63,042 nucleotides of DNA from assembly GCA_029939715.1 (NCBI GenBank), contig JAOZSJ010000006.1, positions 1 through 63,042 of the forward strand, read 5' to 3'. The translations under genes and the position numbers were made by a program. The stretch comes from Desulfobacterales bacterium (GTDB lineage: Bacteria; Desulfobacterota; Desulfobacteria; Desulfobacterales; 4572-123). This document shows, in pieces, positions 57,404 to 63,042 of this stretch. Every line of letters starts with the position of its first letter. The first letter of the stretch is position 1. The notes below the pieces were generated by a model. The model saw only the letters and a list, made by a program, of their open reading frames with translations, was not told where the DNA came from and made no database searches.

Positions 57404-58054
57404 TCACACAATGACCACCTTCTGGATGGTGCGGACAATCTCTTCGGGATCGTCCATGATTTGGAAGAGATCAAGGTTTTCAGGAGATATACTCTGTTCG
57501 GCCAGAAGACGGCTTTTAATCCAGTCAAGCAGTCCCGTCCAGTAATCAGAGCCCACAAGAATTACCGGAAACTGTTTTATACGCCGGGTCTGTATCAGGG
57601 TCAGGACTTCAAATAGTTCATCCATCGTGCCGAAACCACCGGGCATCACCACATATGCTGAAGCATATTTGATAAACATGACTTTGCGGATAAAAAAATA
57701 CTTGAATTCCATCGTTATGTTGGCAAAGGGATTTGGTTTCTGCTCAAAAGGAAGGTGGATATTAAGCCCGACGGATGTTCCCCCTGCTTCGGCTGCGCCT
57801 TTGTTGGCAGCTTCCATCACACCGCCACCGCCACCGGTAACTACGGCAAAATTATTTTTTGCAAACAGCGCTGCTATTTTTTCTGTTTTTTTATAACAGG
57901 ATGTATTCGGGGCAATACGGGCGGACCCGAAAATACTCACGGCCGGACCCAGATCATGCAGAGACTCCACTCCGTCAACAAACTCTCCCATGATTTTAAA
58001 CAGTCGCCATGATTCGTTCAGTTTGAAGTCGTCAATTAAATATTGTTTTTCCAT
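57404..58054 (-). CDS. LOG family (TIGR00730-like) nucleotide monophosphate nucleosidase
   Basis: FGSAR, TGGGGGVMEAAN, RKVMF, PGGFGTMDE. Confidence 0.9.
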   Translation of the reverse strand: MEKQYLIDDFKLNESWRLFKIMGEFVDGVESLHDLGPAVSIFGSARIAPNTSCYKKTEKIAALFAKNNFAVVTGGGGGVMEAANKGAAEAGGTSVGLNIHLPFEQKPNPFANITMEFKYFFIRKVMFIKYASAYVVMPGGFGTMDELFEVLTLIQTRRIKQFPVILVGSDYWTGLLDWIKSRLLAEQSISPENLDLFQIMDDPEEIVRTIQKVVIV

Positions 58055-58287
58055 ATATCTCCTGTGTATAGTGTTCAGGCTCGAAGTTCAGATGCCGGGG
58101 CTATAGGTTTGGATAAGTAGCAGTGTTTGAACGAAAAGTATTTTTTTCAATACTGGCAATAGGTTCAACTTATTTTGCTATGTGAAGATTTGTGAACAAG
58201 CCATCAGCTCTTAGTTAAATAGTGTTATCTGTTTGATTTTTTTAAGCTAAAGGCTAACCGCTAAAAGTTAATATCGGCGATTTTTTT

Positions 58288-58306
58288 GACCGGCTTCCAG
58301 CCGACC
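58288..58306 (-). promoter_or_regulatory. Candidate bacterial SECIS for U73
   Basis: GGUCGGCU-GGA-AGCCGGUC hairpin beginning after an 11-nt spacer 3' of the UGA. Confidence 0.75.
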
Positions 58307-58308
58307 TG

Positions 58309-58536
58309 TTATACTCCTCAGCTTTTTCCCTTGAACCCGATCATAACATCGTCCTGATCTACGATTACAGGCACCTTACGGGTTCCTCCTGAATATTTCA
58401 GCATATTGTCCAATTTGGCGGTATCGGCCAGGACATCCATGTAGGTCACGCTTTTACCCTCTTGCGCATAGGCTTCACGAGCCGCATTGGTATAAGGTCA
58501 TGTATTTTTTCCGAAAATTAAGATTTTTTTCGACAT
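58309..58536 (-). CDS. 75-aa glutaredoxin-like selenoprotein with two Sec residues (UXX-star-like)
   Basis: Hand translation: MSKKILIFGKNT-UGA-PYTNAAREAYAQEGKSVTYMDVLADTAKLDNMLKYSGGTRKVPVIVDQDDVMIGFKGKS-UGA-GV-TAA; RBS GGAGGGA; Grx cis-Pro motif VPVI; hairpins after both UGAs. Confidence 0.88.
58471..58483 (-). promoter_or_regulatory. Candidate bacterial SECIS for U13
   Basis: GGCU-CGUGA-AGCC upper stem at +15..+27 after the UGA, extendable by a lower stem. Confidence 0.6.
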
Positions 58537-58757
58537 GGCATCCCTCCTGTGTTTTTGCACAGCGCATGATCGAATCATACGCAGGTTGATGGGATAGTGC
58601 TGTCAGTGCTATTACTCTGACCGTGCACTCATCACGAATGAATTATATTTAAAATAGAAATAGAACCATATCAGCAGTTTGTTGTTTGGTCAATGATTTC
58701 AGATTGACACCATGAAAGTTGATTGATAAAAGCCAGATAAATTTAATTATACAAAGA

Positions 58758-59039
58758 ATGGGAAGCCGGGTGGAATTGATTTCAAGAAATGTAACAATTG
58801 TAAATGAGTTGGGTCTGCATGCCCGATCCGCCGGAAAAATTGCTGCAATTGTAAAAAACGCCCGATCAAACGTGTGGATCAAAAGGGAAGGGGAAAGGGC
58901 GGATGCCGCCAGTGTGATTGATATTCTCACCCTTGCCTGCGCCAAAGGTTCCAAAATTTCAATAGAAATTGAGGAGCCGGCGGATCTCAATATTTTAAAT
59001 GAGATTGAAGAGCTTGTTAAACAGGGGTTTAGAGAATAG
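58758..59039 (+). CDS. ptsH: HPr phosphocarrier
   Basis: NELGLHARS (His15); ADAASVIDILTL (Ser46 region). Start ATG 58758 or GTG 58770. Confidence 0.92.
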   Translation: MGSRVELISRNVTIVNELGLHARSAGKIAAIVKNARSNVWIKREGERADAASVIDILTLACAKGSKISIEIEEPADLNILNEIEELVKQGFRE

Positions 59040-59054
59040 ATTCAGGTTACTGAT

Positions 59055-60815
59055 ATGGCTAAAAAACAAATAACGCTGGAAGGAATAAGCGGTGCTCCTG
59101 GAATCTGTATAGGCAAGGCATACCTTGTAGATACGGAAGGGGTTGATATTGTTGAAAAATATTTTATCCACGCTGATGCACTGGCGGATGAAATTATCCG
59201 TTTCAAGGCGGCGGTCAAAGATACCCGGGATGAATTGCTGGAAATAATCAGTAATACCCCTGAAGAATTGCATCAGAGTTCTTATATCCTGGAAACCCAT
59301 GTGGCCCTTCTGGAGGATAAGATGCTCTATGGCCGGGCCATAGAGACTATCGAAAAACAGTATGTCAATGCCGAATGGGCACTTAAAACGGTGATTTCGG
59401 ATATAAAGGCCATGTTCCAGAATATTACCGATGATTATTTAAAAGAGCGGAAGGGCGACATCATGCACGTCGCCAACCGCATTATGGCAAAACTCGCGGG
59501 TGTGGAATCGGTGAATATCGCCGAGATTGACAAGCGGGTTATCCTGGTAGCCTCCGATCTGAGCCCGGCCCAGACCAGCCAGATACAACTGGAGCGGATC
59601 AAGGGTTTTATAACCGACCGCGGCGGAAAGACATCGCATACCACCATAATTGCCAGAAGTCTCGGGATCCCCGCGGTACTGGGCCTTGATAATGCAACCG
59701 ATATTATTCAGACCGATGATATTATTATTGTCGATGGCACCACAGGAAAAGTCATAATCAACCCGGACGAAGAGACGCTTGTATACTACGAGGAGCGCCG
59801 GGGCCGGTTTGAAGCACACAAAGCCGTATTGGTCCGGGGCAGCCGCCTGCCGGCTGAAACCAAAGATGGATTGCTGCTGCAGGTGATGGGTAATATCGAA
59901 CTGCCCGAAGAGGTAGTATTGGTTCTTGACAACGGCGGCGAAGGCATCGGCCTTTACCGGACAGAGTTTGAATATATGAACAGCCCCAGTTTTCCCGGCG
60001 AGGATGAACTGTTTGAGAGATACAGGGATGTGGTCGAGGTGATGGGCCGGAGGCCGGTAACCATACGTACCCTTGATATCAACGGCGATAAATCTGTTGC
60101 CTACGCCGCCGACCGGTATGAACTCAATCCCGCCCTCGGACTGCGGGCCATACGCTATTGTCTCAAAAAGCCGGATATTTTTGAAACTCAGTTGCGTGCT
60201 ATTTTAAGGGCTTCCGCCTTTGGCAATGTTAAAATTCTGATTCCGATGATATCGTGTTGCGGTGAAATCGACAAGACCCGCTTGATTCTGGATAAGGCGG
60301 CCGAATCGCTGGAGAAAGAAGGCATTCCTTTTGACAGGGATATAAAAGTCGGTATCATGATCGAGGTTCCTTCGGCCGTGATTATGGCGGATATAATGGC
60401 TGAAAAAGTTGATTTTTTCAGCATCGGAACCAATGATCTGATTCAGTATTCACTTGCCATTGACCGCGGTAACAGAGAAGTCTCACATCTGTTCCAGCCG
60501 CTTCACCCGGCAATTTTGAGAATGATTCATCGCGTTACCGATGTCGCCGTAGAAAAGGGTATCGATCTTGTCATGTGTGGAGAGATGGCTGCCGATCCTC
60601 TGTACATACCCGTTATTCTGGGCCTAGGGATCAAGAACTTGAGCATGAATCCGCAGTCGATACCGCTTGTTAAAAGTGTTGTCAGGGCCTTGAAAAAATC
60701 GGATATGGAACCTTTTATGAAAGAGGTCATGAAGCAGACCAATCCTGTGGATATTGAAACTGTGATTCAACATAATTTCGGCACTGTTTTTTCTGAAAAA
60801 ATTTATTCCCGGTAA
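59055..60815 (+). CDS. ptsI: PTS enzyme I
   Basis: GGKTSHTTI phospho-His; GIGLYRTE; NPALGLR; GIMIEVP; FSIGTNDL; MCGEMA. Confidence 0.95.
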   Translation: MAKKQITLEGISGAPGICIGKAYLVDTEGVDIVEKYFIHADALADEIIRFKAAVKDTRDELLEIISNTPEELHQSSYILETHVALLEDKMLYGRAIETIEKQYVNAEWALKTVISDIKAMFQNITDDYLKERKGDIMHVANRIMAKLAGVESVNIAEIDKRVILVASDLSPAQTSQIQLERIKGFITDRGGKTSHTTIIARSLGIPAVLGLDNATDIIQTDDIIIVDGTTGKVIINPDEETLVYYEERRGRFEAHKAVLVRGSRLPAETKDGLLLQVMGNIELPEEVVLVLDNGGEGIGLYRTEFEYMNSPSFPGEDELFERYRDVVEVMGRRPVTIRTLDINGDKSVAYAADRYELNPALGLRAIRYCLKKPDIFETQLRAILRASAFGNVKILIPMISCCGEIDKTRLILDKAAESLEKEGIPFDRDIKVGIMIEVPSAVIMADIMAEKVDFFSIGTNDLIQYSLAIDRGNREVSHLFQPLHPAILRMIHRVTDVAVEKGIDLVMCGEMAADPLYIPVILGLGIKNLSMNPQSIPLVKSVVRALKKSDMEPFMKEVMKQTNPVDIETVIQHNFGTVFSEKIYSR

Positions 60816-60894
60816 GCCGGCTTGTATACATTTACTCTGAATTTGGCGATTTGATTGCACCTGCTATTTTTGTAACCGGATTGATGAGGTTGTT

Positions 60895-61356
60895 TTGGCG
60901 GAAAAAAAATATGGAAAAATAATAACGGAAAACCGTAAGGCGCGTTTCAATTATTTTATTGAAGATGAATATGAAGCAGGCATGGTACTGAAGGGAACCG
61001 AGGTTAAGTCCATGCGCCTGGGCCGCGCTAATCTCAAGGATTCATACGCCAGGATTCACAAGGGCGAGGTGTTTGTGTACCAGATGCATATTGCCGCATA
61101 TCCGTTTGCCTATTATGATAACCATGAACCGTTGCGGATTCGAAAATTGCTGCTGCACAACCACGAAATTAAAAAACTATACGGCAAGGTCAATGAAAAG
61201 GGATATTCTCTGGTACCGTTGCGGCTGTACTTTAAACACGGCAAGGTCAAGATGAGCCTGGGCCTGGCCAGGGGCAAGCGCAAGGTGGATAAGCGGGAGA
61301 CCATTCGGCAGCGGGATCAGAAGAGGGACCTGGACCGGGCTAAAAAAGAATATTAG
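60895..61356 (+). CDS. smpB: SsrA-binding protein
   Basis: NRKARFNY, GMVLKGTEVKS, RKLLLH, DKRE. Confidence 0.97.
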   Translation: MAEKKYGKIITENRKARFNYFIEDEYEAGMVLKGTEVKSMRLGRANLKDSYARIHKGEVFVYQMHIAAYPFAYYDNHEPLRIRKLLLHNHEIKKLYGKVNEKGYSLVPLRLYFKHGKVKMSLGLARGKRKVDKRETIRQRDQKRDLDRAKKEY

Positions 61357-61386
61357 CCGCTTTTGCCGTTAACCTGAATCAAGGCG

Positions 61387-61415
61387 TTGACAGATCGGTG
61401 TTTGTGGCTTACCAT
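61387..61415 (+). promoter_or_regulatory. Putative ssrA promoter
   Basis: TTGACA-17 nt-TACCAT, about 26 nt upstream of the mature 5' end. Confidence 0.6.
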
Positions 61416-61441
61416 ACTAGTATAAAGTTCTTTTAAAAATT

Positions 61442-61793
61442 GGGGGCGAAACGGCTTCGACGGGGATATAGAAGCTATGGTTGCATACCGAGTTCCTGCC
61501 AGCTCGTAAAACCGGCGGGAAATAAACATAATCGCAGACGATTATAACTACGCTCTGGCCGCTTAAGGCCAGCGTTCTGCCGGATTATTCCTGCGCATCC
61601 GGTAAGAGCGTCGACTAGCGGGATAAACTTGTTTTGGATGTTTGCTCCGATTCAGGTGAAATTTTGCAGACTAGTCTTTAAAGTATCCTGCCTGAAGGAG
61701 ACTTAAAAGGCGAACTATAGAGTTCGGGCTAAGTATGTAGATACCATTGTGGAATATTTTCGGACGCGGGTTCGACTCCCGCCGCCTCCACCA
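61442..61793 (+). ncRNA. ssrA: tmRNA; tag peptide (A)ADDYNYALAA
   Basis: 5' GGGGGCG pairs with 3' CGCCUCC-A-CCA including the G3:U alanine identity pair; T-loop GGTTCGACTCC; tag ORF at 61534-61566; follows smpB. Confidence 0.97.
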
Positions 61794-61909
61794 CGCTTCG
61801 CCTTTCAGGCTACGCGTGGCAGGCCTGCTCAATGGTCTGATTGATCTTTTTAAATAATCAGTTTGTATCGTTAAGAAGCGTGCCTTGCGTAGTTCATTGG
61901 AACGAAGCG
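61794..61909. repeat. Imperfect inverted repeat pair directly 3' of tmRNA
   Basis: Left arm CGCTTCG-cctttcagg-CTACGC-gt-GGCA (61794-61821) matches the reverse complement of 61881-61909 (CGCTTCG-ttccaatgaa-CTACGC-aa-GGCA). Confidence 0.7.
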
Positions 61910-61926
61910 GGGCAGATATTATCCTA

Positions 61927-62208
61927 ATGTATTACGTCTATATGCTCCGCAGTATTTCATATCCGGAGCAAACCTATATCGGGTTTTCCAAAGATCTGAA
62001 GGCACGAATAAAGGCTCACAATTCAGGCCAATCCCCGCACACGTCCAAATACAAGCCATGGTCATTGATCACTTATTTGGCATTCAAAGAACGACAGAAA
62101 GCCCTTAATTTTGAAAAATATCTAAAATCCCATTCCGGAAAAGCATTTGCCTGCAAACGCCTGTGGTCATCCCCACCGATTACCAGCCCCGAATCCTCTC
62201 TAAATTGA
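61927..62208 (+). CDS. Small GIY-YIG endonuclease
   Basis: YYVYML...YIG...LKARIKAHN...T.KYKPW...FEKYLKS.SG. Confidence 0.9.
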   Translation: MYYVYMLRSISYPEQTYIGFSKDLKARIKAHNSGQSPHTSKYKPWSLITYLAFKERQKALNFEKYLKSHSGKAFACKRLWSSPPITSPESSLN

Positions 62209-62460
62209 ATATCATTCACGAGTCAAGTCACGAACCCATTGTTTTCTAAAAACGCCCTTTTAACCGCCGCACCCTTTCTATTACTGGCCGGCGCTGACCC
62301 CCTGCTGAAAGATTTCCTTTGCATGAAATCGACGGACTACAATCAAATCATGTGCGCCGCTTACAGGAGTCAGCTATCCGACAATCGCTTCAAAGAATAC
62401 ATACCATCAAGGCCGGAAATCAGTTTGGGAATTTTATGGTTTTTTGACTGAAGATGATGC

Positions 62461-62793
62461 TTGATTCACTCGACGACACTCGACGGCGAACCGCTGGAAG
62501 CTGACGGTATCGCTCTGGAAGGCAAAAACTGCGCGGAGCTGGTGGATATCATGAAAGGCCAGACACCGTTCACTATCGAAGCGACCGCTCGTGATTACAT
62601 GCTCGGTGTGCTTGGGCGCATCGAGCCGGAGCGGAAACTCAAGCTCCCTGCAGATCCCGAAGCGGCCGCAGCCGAATTCCTGACCCTGCTGGGAAAGCAT
62701 GGGCTGGTGGAGTTCCTGCCGGATGATGCCTTCATCGACCTGCCGCCGGAGGACACCTTTGACAAGGAGGATGATCTATGTGCGGGCAAGTAG
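62461..62793 (+). CDS. Hypothetical, probably decayed phage-like gene
   Basis: Higher GC than the upstream region; weak TTG start with an in-frame stop just upstream; overlaps the next ATG. Confidence 0.5.
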   Translation: MIHSTTLDGEPLEADGIALEGKNCAELVDIMKGQTPFTIEATARDYMLGVLGRIEPERKLKLPADPEAAAAEFLTLLGKHGLVEFLPDDAFIDLPPEDTFDKEDDLCAGK

Positions 62794-63042
62794 GCATCAT
62801 CGTCGGAACCTATAACGGCACCATTTACAACGCCGATTACCTGTTCCGCAGGCTCGGCCTGCCGCGCTATGCCGAATTGGACAGTGAGTTGCTTTTCAGG
62901 CTGGCCGATCGCTTCGCTCCCGATGGAAATATCGATACCAGAGGCTTCCGCAAAGCCCTACGCCTTTGTCAAGGCCAAATGAGCGCTGTGTTGGCCTCAC
63001 TGCTCGACTCTGGGGCTATTACCGTCCTCAAAGGCAAGTGGC
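62778..63042 (+). pseudogene. Class II glutamine amidotransferase-like gene with internal deletion, runs off the window
   Basis: MCGQVGII is joined directly to VGTYNGTIYNADYLF...DSE; RBS AAGGAGG; the GHxR-containing segment that normally separates these motifs is absent. Confidence 0.65.

Noticed and set aside
62239-62451. 70-aa ORF downstream of GIY-YIG
   Set aside because: TTG start, no RBS or motif recognised; may be decayed island sequence but cannot be supported as a gene.
1-63042. CRISPR array, IS transposase, integrase, rRNA or tRNA
   Set aside because: No regularly spaced repeat-spacer units or corresponding motifs seen; the TTCGA T-loop at 61771 belongs to tmRNA.

Overview
Chromosomal window, probably from an anaerobic Desulfobacterota (Desulfobacterales-like) organism; the taxonomy is inferred from gene content. 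In order: (1) the 3' end of a secreted protein with a CFI-type C-terminal anchor, an outer-membrane beta-barrel and an AAA/PD-(D/E)XK gene; (2) an mlaEFDCA lipid-transport operon without mlaB, whose MlaF carries a catalytically dead GGDEF domain with an intact RxxD I-site; (3) a YchJ gene, a B12 radical SAM gene, an MrfA-like helicase fused to a DEDD exonuclease, and a DJ-1 gene; (4) a 16-kb minus-strand run: pfaBC-type PUFA synthase, oleABCD, then a tightly coupled GT4 glycosyltransferase, HAD phosphatase and DUF89-like fusion protein; (5) PilZ, pyrD, two exported proteins, a truncated rarD, an rlmL-like gene and an AT-rich methyltransferase; (6) about 21 kb of acyl-CoA metabolism (TetR-icmF-thiolase-hbd-XRE-ACAD, a Liv-type ABC transporter with an embedded acyl-CoA ligase, an apparent ANL pseudoenzyme, and a GAF-PAS-LuxR regulator); (7) LOG, a 75-aa glutaredoxin-like gene missed by the ORF track that has two in-frame UGA codons each followed by a SECIS-like hairpin, ptsH-ptsI, smpB and tmRNA; (8) an inverted-repeat/GIY-YIG cassette and decayed prophage-like genes immediately 3' of tmRNA. 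No CRISPR array, rRNA, tRNA or intact transposase was seen. Family assignments come from motif recognition by eye; no database search was run.
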